NCBI RefSeq assembly: GCF_013122565.1
Contig: NZ_CP053258.1
Strand: one strand, 5' to 3'
From: Escherichia coli
Lineage (GTDB): Bacteria > Pseudomonadota > Gammaproteobacteria > Enterobacterales > Enterobacteriaceae
DNA: 64,000 nucleotides
Shown here: positions 18,934-27,303 of the stretch, one piece after another
Layout: the number at the start of each line of letters is the position of its first letter
Numbering within the stretch: position 1 is the stretch's first letter
The notes under the pieces: generated by a model
What the model was told of the DNA's origin: nothing
Databases searched by the model: none
Seen by the model: the letters and a program-made list of their open reading frames with translations, nothing else
Position numbers and translations under genes: made by a program

Positions 18934-19345
18934 GCCATTCAATATCTGGAGCACTGGAGGAATCAACCAGTTCCAGTGCGTCCAGATAATCTAGCCATAA
19001 ATTATATTGCGCCAGTTCCTCACCTTTCAGACGACCAATCGCCGCTTTACCAGGCCATTGCTTACTGTTTATGTATTCGTTGACCTGATTAATCAATTGC
19101 TGCTTTTCCAATTCGGCTGCGGCAATTTGTTCCTCATGAGTTGGCGGTGGAATATCAATCCATGCAGGCATTCCGTCGATGACACCTCTGTATTTTCCTT
19201 CTGGTGCTTCCTTCATAAATTCGGCGGCAACAGTGTCGTCAATTTCGATTCCATCATCGGGCCATTCGCCGGATTCCTGATAAGCGATTTTAAGCTCCAC
19301 AGGGAAAAACGCATTTTTATCGGCACTGAAAATATATTTCTGCAT
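18905..19345 (-). CDS. Alternative tail fibre assembly chaperone (G'), silent in this orientation
   Basis: 146 aa, convergent with G and overlapping its 3' end; C-terminal motif SSAPDIEWPTPP; lies inside the invertible segment. Confidence 0.75.
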   Translation of the reverse strand: MQKYIFSADKNAFFPVELKIAYQESGEWPDDGIEIDDTVAAEFMKEAPEGKYRGVIDGMPAWIDIPPPTHEEQIAAAELEKQQLINQVNEYINSKQWPGKAAIGRLKGEELAQYNLWLDYLDALELVDSSSAPDIEWPTPPAVQAR

Positions 19346-19347
19346 TT

Positions 19348-19746
19348 CTACCGTCCTATCGAAATATAACTGAATCTGTATTGCTGTGAGATATCACTGG
19401 TTGCCACACGCCACGCTGAATTACTGATATGTTCAAAATTTACAGACAAAACCTGCGGGGCAGGAATCGACGGGTCTGACTGAACGGCATCAGACATAAC
19501 ACTGACTGAAACCATCGGCTGATTAGGGAATGGTATAGGGAAGTGTCCACTGATAAAGCGGGTCGTGTTTCCTGAAAAAGTGCCAAACTGAACAATATAT
19601 CCACCTGGTAGCCTGAACCATCCCGAACCAGAAGCGAATGCTCCCATATCCGGTATCTGATTATCTCCTGTGCCCACATCCCTTTTCGCCGCTTCTCCCA
19701 AACCAACGTTTATGAAAATGCAGAGATAACGGGCAACTGGCATCAT
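19348..19746 (-). CDS. Alternative tail fibre C-terminal cassette (H'), expressed only after inversion by fusion to the constant part of H
   Basis: The minus-strand frame encodes GLGEAAKRDVGTGDNQ..., which is in frame with the GLGE of H across the shared 14-bp crossover sequence; the functional part is about 19348..19706. Confidence 0.7.
   Translation of the reverse strand: MMPVARYLCIFINVGLGEAAKRDVGTGDNQIPDMGAFASGSGWFRLPGGYIVQFGTFSGNTTRFISGHFPIPFPNQPMVSVSVMSDAVQSDPSIPAPQVLSVNFEHISNSAWRVATSDISQQYRFSYISIGR
19693..19718. other. gix/hix-like invertase crossover site (right), about 50 bp upstream of the invertase gene
   Basis: TTCTCCCAAACC AA CGTTTATGAAAA; its reverse complement shares TTGGTTTGGGAGAA with the left site. 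The sites bound an invertible segment of about 1.9 kb (17820..19706). Confidence 0.6.
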
Positions 19747-19767
19747 CTCCGGTTTTTATTCAGGGGG

Positions 19768-20367
19768 ATGCTCATGCTTATTGGCTATGTACGCGTGTCA
19801 ACAAATGACCAGAACACGGAATTGCAGCGTAACGCGCTGGAGTGCGCAGGATGCGAGCGGATTTTTGAGGATAAAATCAGCGGCACGAAGTCCGACCGAC
19901 CGGGACTGAAAAAACTGCTCAGAACATTATCAGCAGGTGACACTCTGGTAGTCTGGAAGCTGGACCGGCTGGGGCGTAGTATGCGGCATCTGGTCATTCT
20001 GGTTGAGGAGCTGCGCGAACGCGGCGTTAATTTTCGCAGCCTGACAGATGCTATTGATACCAGCACGCCGATGGGGCGTTTTTTCTTTCATGTGATGGGT
20101 GCCCTGGCTGAAATGGAGCGAGAACTCATTGTCGAGCGGACACGCGCCGGACTGGAAGCGGCCAGAGCCAAAGGGCGTATTGGTGGCAGACGTCCGAAGC
20201 TCACCGCGAGTGAGTGGGAACAGGCAGGACGGTTGCTGGCTGCGGGTGAATCACGTCAACGCGTGGCGCTGATTTTTGATATTGGCCTGTCCACGCTCTA
20301 TAAAAAATTCCCCTCATCAGCGGCAAAGAATAAATTGTGTCATCCCTTAGCCAACCGGGACAAATAG
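19768..20367 (+). CDS. Serine DNA invertase (Hin/Gin/Cin/Pin family)
   Basis: 199 aa; N-terminal catalytic motif GYVRVSTNDQ with the active-site serine; C-terminal helix-turn-helix; immediately next to the invertible tail-fibre segment. Confidence 0.85.
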   Translation: MLMLIGYVRVSTNDQNTELQRNALECAGCERIFEDKISGTKSDRPGLKKLLRTLSAGDTLVVWKLDRLGRSMRHLVILVEELRERGVNFRSLTDAIDTSTPMGRFFFHVMGALAEMERELIVERTRAGLEAARAKGRIGGRRPKLTASEWEQAGRLLAAGESRQRVALIFDIGLSTLYKKFPSSAAKNKLCHPLANRDK

Positions 20368-20426
20368 CCTGACATCTCCGGCACAACTGAAAATATCACT
20401 CACCCATTAACCACGGAGTTAAACGG

Positions 20427-21617
20427 ATGAGTGACTATCATCACGGCGTGCAGGTGCTGGAGATTAACGACGGCACCCGCGTCATTTCCACCGTATCCAC
20501 TGCCATTGTTGGCATGGTCTGCACGGCCAGCGATGCGGATGCGGAAACCTTCCCCCTCAATAAACCGGTGCTGATTACCAATGTGCAGAGCGCAATTGCA
20601 AAGGCCGGTAAAAAAGGCACGCTGGCGGCATCGTTGCAGGCCATCGCCGACCAGTCAAAACCGGTCACCGTTGTCGTGCGTGTGGAAGATGGCACCGGTG
20701 ACGACGAGGAAACGAAACTCGCGCAGACCGTTTCCAATATCATCGGCACCACCGACGAAAACGGTCAGTACACCGGACTGAAAGCCCTGCTGGCGGCGGA
20801 GTCGGTAACCGGTGTTAAACCGCGCATTCTCGGTGTGCCGGGACTGGACACCAAAGAGGTGGCTGTTGCACTGGCATCAGTCTGTCAGAAGCTGCGCGCT
20901 TTCGGGTATATCAGCGCATGGGGCTGTAAAACCATTTCCGAGGTGAAAGCCTACCGCCAGAATTTCAGCCAGCGTGAGCTGATGGTCATCTGGCCGGATT
21001 TCCTCGCATGGGATACGGTCACCAGTACCACCGCCACCGCGTATGCCACCGCCCGTGCGCTGGGTCTGCGCGCTAAAATCGACCAGGAGCAGGGCTGGCA
21101 TAAAACGCTGTCCAACGTTGGGGTGAACGGTGTTACCGGCATCAGCGCCTCTGTATTCTGGGATTTGCAGGAGTCCGGCACCGATGCTGACCTGCTTAAC
21201 GAGTCAGGCGTCACAACGCTGATTCGCCGTGACGGTTTCCGCTTCTGGGGTAACCGTACCTGCTCTGATGACCCGCTGTTCCTCTTTGAAAACTACACCC
21301 GCACCGCGCAGGTGCTGGCCGACACGATGGCTGAGGCGCACATGTGGGCGGTGGACAAGCCCATCACCGCAACGCTGATTCGCGACATCGTTGACGGCAT
21401 CAATGCCAAATTCCGTGAGCTGAAAACAAACGGCTATATCGTGGATGCGACCTGCTGGTTCAGCGAAGAATCCAACGATGCGGAAACCCTCAAGGCCGGA
21501 AAACTGTATATCGACTACGACTATACCCCGGTGCCTCCTCTCGAAAACCTGACCCTGCGCCAGCGTATTACCGATAAATACCTGGCAAATCTGGTCACTT
21601 CGGTTAACAGCAATTAA
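20427..21617 (+). CDS. FI: Tail sheath protein
   Basis: 396 aa, same as P2 gpFI. Confidence 0.9.
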   Translation: MSDYHHGVQVLEINDGTRVISTVSTAIVGMVCTASDADAETFPLNKPVLITNVQSAIAKAGKKGTLAASLQAIADQSKPVTVVVRVEDGTGDDEETKLAQTVSNIIGTTDENGQYTGLKALLAAESVTGVKPRILGVPGLDTKEVAVALASVCQKLRAFGYISAWGCKTISEVKAYRQNFSQRELMVIWPDFLAWDTVTSTTATAYATARALGLRAKIDQEQGWHKTLSNVGVNGVTGISASVFWDLQESGTDADLLNESGVTTLIRRDGFRFWGNRTCSDDPLFLFENYTRTAQVLADTMAEAHMWAVDKPITATLIRDIVDGINAKFRELKTNGYIVDATCWFSEESNDAETLKAGKLYIDYDYTPVPPLENLTLRQRITDKYLANLVTSVNSN

Positions 21618-21629
21618 GGAGCCTGACCG

Positions 21630-22148
21630 ATGGCAATGCCGCGCAAACTCAAGTTAATGAACGTCTTTCTGAACGGCTACAGCTATCAGGGCGTCGCGAA
21701 GTCCGTCACGCTACCAAAACTGACCCGTAAGCTCGAAAACTATCGCGGTGCGGGGATGAACGGCAGCGCACCGGTAGACCTCGGCCTTGATGACGATGCG
21801 CTGTCAATGGAGTGGTCGCTCGGTGGCTTCCCGGATTCGGTTATCTGGGAGCTTTACGCCGCAACCGGTGTGGATGCCGTACCGATTCGTTTTGCAGGTT
21901 CTTACCAGCGCGACGATACCGGCGAAACGGTGGCCGTCGAGGTGGTCATGCGTGGACGTCAGAAAGAAATCGACACCGGCGAGGGCAAACAGGGAGAAGA
22001 CACCGAGTCGAAAATCTCCGTGGTCTGCACCTATTTCCGGCTGACGATGGACGGTAAGGAGCTGGTCGAAATCGACACCATCAACATGATTGAGAAGGTG
22101 AACGGCGTCGACCGGCTGGAGCAACACCGCCGCAATATCGGCCTGTGA
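21630..22148 (+). CDS. FII: Tail tube protein
   Basis: 172 aa, same as P2 gpFII. Confidence 0.9.
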   Translation: MAMPRKLKLMNVFLNGYSYQGVAKSVTLPKLTRKLENYRGAGMNGSAPVDLGLDDDALSMEWSLGGFPDSVIWELYAATGVDAVPIRFAGSYQRDDTGETVAVEVVMRGRQKEIDTGEGKQGEDTESKISVVCTYFRLTMDGKELVEIDTINMIEKVNGVDRLEQHRRNIGL

Positions 22149-22204
22149 TTTTCATCCGGTCAGCCTGGCTGACCGGTTAACCCCGATTCAGAAGTGAGAA
22201 AACC

Positions 22205-22480
22205 ATGAACAAAGAAAACGTCATTACCCTGGACAATCCGGTCAAACGTGGTGAGCAGGTTATCGAACAGGTCACGCTGATGAAACCCAATGCCGGGACG
22301 CTGCGCGGTGTCAGTCTGGCTGCGGTCGCAAACTCCGAAGTCGATGCACTGATTAAAGTGCTGCCGCGCATGACGGCACCGATGCTGACCGAGCAGGAGG
22401 TCGCCGCGCTGGAACTGCCTGACCTTGTGGCGCTGGCCGGTAAGGTGGTCGGTTTTTTGTCGCCGAACTCGGTGCAGTGA
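22205..22480 (+). CDS. E: Tail assembly chaperone E
   Basis: 91 aa, same as P2 gpE; sits just before the tape measure gene. Confidence 0.85.
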   Translation: MNKENVITLDNPVKRGEQVIEQVTLMKPNAGTLRGVSLAAVANSEVDALIKVLPRMTAPMLTEQEVAALELPDLVALAGKVVGFLSPNSVQ

Positions 22481-22632
22481 CGTTTCCGAAAAATCTGTCG
22501 GTCGATGACCTGATGGCGGATGTGGCAGTGATATTTCACTGGCCGCCATCAGAACTGTATCCCATGAGCCTGACCGAACTCATCACATGGCGCGAAAAGG
22601 CGCTCCGGCGAAGCGGAAACACGAATGAGTAA
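22205..22632 (+). CDS. E+E': Tail assembly chaperone E+E', made by programmed -1 frameshift at the slippery heptamer T_TTT_TTG (22453..22459)
   Basis: The heptamer lies 7 codons before the E stop. The -1 frame then runs 57 codons to TAA at 22630..22632, overlapping the T start; the extension ends ...LTELITWREKALRRSGNTNE. Predicted fusion of about 142 aa, as in P2. Confidence 0.7.
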
Positions 22633-25072
22633 CAATGTAAAATTACAGGTATTGCTCAGGGCTGTTGACCAGGCATCCCGCCCGTTTAAATCCATCCGCA
22701 CAGCGAGCAAATCGCTGTCGGGGGATATCCGGGAAACACAAAAATCACTGCGCGAGCTGAACGGTCAGGCATCCCGTATTGAGGGATTTCGCAAGACAAG
22801 TGCACAGCTCGCCGTGACTGGTCATGCACTTGAAAAGGCTCGGCAGGAAGCCGAAGCCCTTGCCACACAGTTTAAAAACACCGAACGTCCGACCCGTGCT
22901 CAGGCGAAAGTGCTGGAATCCGCAAAGCGTGCGGCGGAGGACTTACAGGCGAAATATAACCGCCTGACGGATTCCGTTAAACGCCAGCAGCGGGAACTGG
23001 CCGCTGTGGGAATTAATACCCGCAATCTTGCACATGATGAGCAGGGACTGAAAAACCGTATCGGTGAAACCACTGCACAGCTTAACCGTCAGCGTGATGC
23101 GCTGGCGCGTGTCAGTGCGCAACAGGCAAAACTTAACGCAGTAAAACAGCGTTATCAGGCCGGAAAGGAACTGGCCGGAAATATGGCCTCAGTGGGCGCT
23201 GCCGGTGTGGGGATTGCGGCGGCGGGAACGATGGCCGGAGTTAAGCTGCTGATGCCCGGTTATGAGTTTGCGCAGAAAAACTCAGAATTACAGGCTGTGC
23301 TCGGAGTGGCAAAAGACTCCACCGAAATGGCCGCACTACGCAAACAGGCGCGTCAGCTTGGCGACAATACCGCCGCCTCGGCAGATGATGCAGCCGGTGC
23401 GCAGATTATTATTGCGAAAGCCGGTGGGGATGTTGATGCCATTCAGGCGGCAACGCCGGTCACGCTGAATATGGCGCTGGCGAACCGTCGCACGATGGAA
23501 GAAAACGCTGCCCTGCTGATGGGGATGAAATCCGCCTTTCAGCTTTCAAACGATAAGGTCGCTCATATCGGGGATGTTCTCTCCATGACGATGAACAAAA
23601 CCGCCGCCGATTTTGACGGTATGAGCGATGCGCTGACCTATGCTGCACCTGTGGCAAAAAATGCCGGTGTCAGCATTGAAGAAACCGCCGCAATGGTCGG
23701 AGCGCTGCATGATGCAAAAATCACAGGCTCAATGGCGGGGACGGGAAGCCGTGCCGTGTTAAGTCGCCTGCAGGCACCGACGGGAAAAGCATGGGATGCA
23801 CTCAAAGAGCTTGGCGTGAAAACCTCAGACAGTAAGGGAAACACCCGACCAGTATTTACCATTCTGAAAGAAATGCAGGCCAGTTTTGAGAAAAACCGGC
23901 TCGGTACTGCCCAGCAGGCTGAATACATGAAAACCATTTTCGGGGAGGAAGCCAGCTCAGCCGCCGCCGTGCTGATGACTGCCGCCTCAACCGGAAAGCT
24001 GGACAAACTGACCGCTGCGTTTAAAGCCTCAGACGGGAAGACCGCCGAGCTGGTAAATATCATGCAGGACAACCTCGGCGGTGACTTTAAGGAGTTTCAG
24101 TCCGCTTATGAGGCGGTGGGGACTGACCTGTTTGACCAGCAGGAAGGCGCACTGCGTAAGCTCACGCAGACGGCCACAAAGTATGTGTTAAAACTCGACG
24201 GCTGGATCCAGAAAAACAAATCACTGGCGTCAACCATCGGCATCATTGTCGGTGGTGCACTGGCACTGACTGGTGTCATCGGTGCCATTGGCCTCGTAGC
24301 CTGGCCGGTTATCACCGGCATCAATGCCATCATCGCGGCAGCAGGCGCAATGGGGGCAATCTTCACGACGGTTGGCAGTGCTGTTATGACGGCCATCGGG
24401 GCGATTAGCTGGCCGGTTGTGGCCGTGGTGGCCGCAATTGTCGCCGGGGCGTTGCTTATCCGTAAATACTGGGAGCCTGTCAGCGCATTCTTTGGCGGTG
24501 TGGTTGAAGGGCTGAAAGCGGCATTTGCGCCAGTGGGGGAACTGTTCACGCCACTTAAGCCGGTGTTTGACTGGCTGGGTGAAAAGTTACAGGCCGCGTG
24601 GCAGTGGTTTAAAAACCTGATTGCCCCGGTTAAAGCCACTCAGGACACCCTGAACAGTTGCCGTGACACGGGGGTCATGTTCGGGCAGGCACTGGCTGAC
24701 GCGCTGATGCTGCCGCTTAATGCGTTCAACAAACTGCGCAGCGGAATTGACTGGGTACTGGAAAAACTCGGTGTTATCAACAAAGAGTCAGACACACTTG
24801 ACCAGACCGCCGCCAGAACTCAAGCCGCCACGTATGGCAGCGGTGGTTATATTCCGGCGACCAGCTCTTATGCAGGCTATCAGGCTTATCAGCCGGTCAC
24901 GGCACCGGCTGGCCGCTCTTATGTGGACCAGAGTAAAAACGAATATCACATCAGCCTGACGGGTGGTACTGCGCCGGGGACACAGCTTGACCGCCAGTTA
25001 CAGGATGCGCTCGAAAAATACGAGCGGGATAAACGTGCGCGCGCCCGTGCCAGCATGATGCATGACGGTTAA
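22625..25072 (+). CDS. T: Tail tape measure protein
   Basis: 815 aa, same as P2 gpT; alanine/glycine-rich with hydrophobic central segments. Confidence 0.9.
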   Translation: MSNNVKLQVLLRAVDQASRPFKSIRTASKSLSGDIRETQKSLRELNGQASRIEGFRKTSAQLAVTGHALEKARQEAEALATQFKNTERPTRAQAKVLESAKRAAEDLQAKYNRLTDSVKRQQRELAAVGINTRNLAHDEQGLKNRIGETTAQLNRQRDALARVSAQQAKLNAVKQRYQAGKELAGNMASVGAAGVGIAAAGTMAGVKLLMPGYEFAQKNSELQAVLGVAKDSTEMAALRKQARQLGDNTAASADDAAGAQIIIAKAGGDVDAIQAATPVTLNMALANRRTMEENAALLMGMKSAFQLSNDKVAHIGDVLSMTMNKTAADFDGMSDALTYAAPVAKNAGVSIEETAAMVGALHDAKITGSMAGTGSRAVLSRLQAPTGKAWDALKELGVKTSDSKGNTRPVFTILKEMQASFEKNRLGTAQQAEYMKTIFGEEASSAAAVLMTAASTGKLDKLTAAFKASDGKTAELVNIMQDNLGGDFKEFQSAYEAVGTDLFDQQEGALRKLTQTATKYVLKLDGWIQKNKSLASTIGIIVGGALALTGVIGAIGLVAWPVITGINAIIAAAGAMGAIFTTVGSAVMTAIGAISWPVVAVVAAIVAGALLIRKYWEPVSAFFGGVVEGLKAAFAPVGELFTPLKPVFDWLGEKLQAAWQWFKNLIAPVKATQDTLNSCRDTGVMFGQALADALMLPLNAFNKLRSGIDWVLEKLGVINKESDTLDQTAARTQAATYGSGGYIPATSSYAGYQAYQPVTAPAGRSYVDQSKNEYHISLTGGTAPGTQLDRQLQDALEKYERDKRARARASMMHDG

Positions 25073-25086
25073 GGAGGTGACGAAAA

Positions 25087-25566
25087 ATGATGCTCGCGTT
25101 AGGTATGTTTGTTTTTATGCGCCAGACGCTGCCACACCAGACCATGCAGCGTGAATCAGATTATCGCTGGCCGTCAAATTCCCGTATCGGTAAACGGGAT
25201 GCCTTTCAGTTTCTCGGTGTTGGCGAGGAAAACATCACGCTTGCCGGTGTGCTTTATCCCGAACTGACCGGCGGAAAGCTGACGATGACCACGCTCAGGC
25301 TGATGGCAGAGGAAGGTCGGGCGTGGCCGTTGCTGGATGGCACTGGCATGATTTACGGCATGTATGTCATCAGCAGGGTGAGTGAAACAGGGAGTATTTT
25401 CTTTGCAGACGGCACACCCCGGAAAATTGATTTTACGCTGTCGCTCACCCGCGTTGATGAATCACTGGCCGCACTTTATGGCGATATCGGTAAACAGGCG
25501 GAATCGCTCATCGGTAAGGCTGGCAGTATGGCGACTAAATTCACGGGTATGACGGGGGCGGGATAA
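25087..25566 (+). CDS. U: Tail protein U
   Basis: 159 aa, same as P2 gpU. Confidence 0.85.
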   Translation: MMLALGMFVFMRQTLPHQTMQRESDYRWPSNSRIGKRDAFQFLGVGEENITLAGVLYPELTGGKLTMTTLRLMAEEGRAWPLLDGTGMIYGMYVISRVSETGSIFFADGTPRKIDFTLSLTRVDESLAALYGDIGKQAESLIGKAGSMATKFTGMTGAG

Positions 25567-26729
25567 TGCTGGATGCGCTGACATTTGATGCAGGCAGTAC
25601 ACTGACGCCGGATTACATGCTGATGCTCGACAGCAGGGATATTACCGGCAATATCAGCGACCGTCTGATGAGCATGACCCTGACGGATAACCGGGGCTTT
25701 GAGGCTGACCAGCTTGATATTGAACTGAACGACGCCGACGGGCAGGTAGGGCTACCGGTTCGTGGCGCTGTCCTGACGGTGTATATCGGCTGGAAAGGTT
25801 TTGCCCTGGTATGCAAAGGGAAATTTACCGTTGATGAGGTTGAACACCGGGGCGCACCGGATGTGGTCACCATCCGCGCCCGGAGTGCAGATTTTCGCGG
25901 GACGCTCAATTCCCGCCGGGAAGGCTCCTGGCATGACACCACGCTCGGTGCGATTGTTGAGGCGATAGCCACCCGTAACAGGCTGGAAGCCAGTGTCGCT
26001 CCGTCACTGGCCGGAATTAAAATCCCGCACATCGACCAGTCGCAGGAGTCCGATGTGAAATTCCTGACCCGTCTTGCTGAACGCAACGGCGGCGAGGTGT
26101 CGGTAAAAATGGGAAAACTGCTGTTTCTCAAAGCGGGGCAGGGGGTGACGGCCAGTGGTAAAAAAATCCCGCAGATCACCATCACCCGCAGCGACGGTGA
26201 CCGTCATCATTTTGCGATTGCTGACCGTGGAGCCTATACCGGCGTAACGGCAAAGTGGTTACACACCAAAGACCCGAAACCGCAAAAGCAGAAGGTAAAA
26301 CTGAAACGCAAAAAGAAAGAAAAACACCTGCGCGCACTGGAGCACCCGAAAGCGAAACCAGTCAGGCAGAAGAAAGCGCCAAAAGTACCGGAAGCGCGCG
26401 AAGGTGAATACATGGCCGGTGAGGCTGACAACGTTTTTGCCCTGACCACGGTATATGCCACGAAAGCGCAGGCCATGCGCGCCGCTCAGGCGAAGTGGGA
26501 CAAACTGCAACGGGGTGTGGCGGAGTTCTCCATCAGCCTGGCTACTGGTCGGGCAGATATTTACACGGAAACGCCGGTCAAAGTGTCAGGCTTTAAGCGC
26601 GTCATAGACGAGCAGGACTGGACAATCACTAAGGTGACACATTTTCTGAATAATAGCGGCTTCACGACGTCCTTAGAGCTTGAGGTAAGGCTTTCTGATG
26701 TGGAGTACGAAACCGAAGATGATGAGTGA
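25566..26729 (+). CDS. D: Tail protein D (late control gene D)
   Basis: 387 aa, same as P2 gpD; lysine-rich internal segment. Confidence 0.85.
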   Translation: MLDALTFDAGSTLTPDYMLMLDSRDITGNISDRLMSMTLTDNRGFEADQLDIELNDADGQVGLPVRGAVLTVYIGWKGFALVCKGKFTVDEVEHRGAPDVVTIRARSADFRGTLNSRREGSWHDTTLGAIVEAIATRNRLEASVAPSLAGIKIPHIDQSQESDVKFLTRLAERNGGEVSVKMGKLLFLKAGQGVTASGKKIPQITITRSDGDRHHFAIADRGAYTGVTAKWLHTKDPKPQKQKVKLKRKKKEKHLRALEHPKAKPVRQKKAPKVPEAREGEYMAGEADNVFALTTVYATKAQAMRAAQAKWDKLQRGVAEFSISLATGRADIYTETPVKVSGFKRVIDEQDWTITKVTHFLNNSGFTTSLELEVRLSDVEYETEDDE

Positions 26730-26811
26730 TGTGTTTTATTTTATCTGTTTGTTTTATAAGGATAAATTAACTAAAATGGCAACATCAACAAAACCGGAAG
26801 AGGTGCTCGCG

Positions 26812-27030
26812 ATGTTTCATTGTCCTTTATGCCAGCATGCCGCACATGCGCGTACAAGTCGCTATATCACTGACACGACAAAAGAGCGTTATCACCAGTG
26901 TCAGAACGTGAATTGCAGCGCCACGTTCATCACTTATGAGTCTGTACAGCGATACATTGTGAAGCCGGGAGAAGTCCACGCCGTGAGGCCGCACCCGTTG
27001 CCGTCAGGGCAGCAAATTATGTGGATGTAA
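26812..27030 (+). CDS. ogr: Ogr zinc-finger late-gene transcriptional activator
   Basis: Internal start MFHCPLCQHAAHAR gives 72 aa as for P2 Ogr; CxxC...CxxxxC zinc-finger cysteines; last phage gene before att. Confidence 0.85.
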   Translation: MFHCPLCQHAAHARTSRYITDTTKERYHQCQNVNCSATFITYESVQRYIVKPGEVHAVRPHPLPSGQQIMWM

Positions 27031-27043
27031 TTACAAACAGAAA

Positions 27044-27068
27044 GCCCCTCAGTCGAGGGGCTTTTTTT
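27044..27068 (+). terminator. Rho-independent terminator after ogr
   Basis: GCCCCTC-AGTC-GAGGGGC hairpin followed by a run of seven T, 14 nt past the ogr stop. Confidence 0.7.
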
Positions 27069-27132
27069 GTCGATGTGGTCAATGTGTGGACGTGACCAGA
27101 AATAAATCCTTTTATTTCAATTTGTTGTACGT

Positions 27133-27159
27133 AAAAAATAAGCCCGTGTAAGGGAGATT
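27133..27159. other. Prophage attR core (P2 att core)
   Basis: AAAAAATAAGCCCGTGTAAGGGAGATT, the 27-nt P2 attP/attB core from memory; it coincides with the 3' end of cyaR and marks the prophage/host junction. Confidence 0.55.
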
Positions 27160-27219
27160 ACACAGGCTAAGGAGGTGGTTCCTGGTACAGCTAGCATTTT
27201 ATGGGTTATGTTTTTCAGC
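27133..27219 (-). ncRNA. cyaR: CyaR (RyeE) Hfq-dependent sRNA
   Basis: Minus-strand sequence GCUGAAAAACAUAACCCAUAAAAUGCUAGCUGUACCAGGAACCACCUCCUUAGCCUGUGUAAUCUCCCUUACACGGGCUUAUUUUUU (87 nt) matches CyaR from memory, including the terminator hairpin; position between yegQ and ogr as in K-12. Confidence 0.75.
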
Positions 27220-27253
27220 GAAACGGATGATAACCTTAATAAATGCAGCTGTA

Positions 27254-27269
27254 TGTGATCGGTTTCTAA
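27254..27269. promoter_or_regulatory. Candidate CRP site of the cyaR promoter (class II position)
   Basis: TGTGA-N6-TCTAA centred about 42 bp upstream of the inferred CyaR 5' end; CyaR is known to be CRP-cAMP activated; the second half-site is weak. Confidence 0.35.
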
Positions 27270-27303
27270 GAATTTTCCATCCGGGAAAAATAATCGAAAT
27301 TAA

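Larger units (their letters stand above)
1..27159. mobile_element. P2-like prophage, right portion (gene A through attR); int/C/cox/B side lies beyond the window start
   Basis: Gene order and protein lengths are collinear with phage P2 (Q 344 aa, N 357, M 247, K 165, lysA 141, lysB 141, R 155, S 150, V 211, W 115, J 302, FI 396, FII 172, E 91, T 815, U 159, D 387, Ogr 72). A P2-type cos is at 5066..5084 and a P2 att core at 27133..27159. K-12 carries only remnants (ogrK, yegZ) at this site, from memory. Confidence 0.9.
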
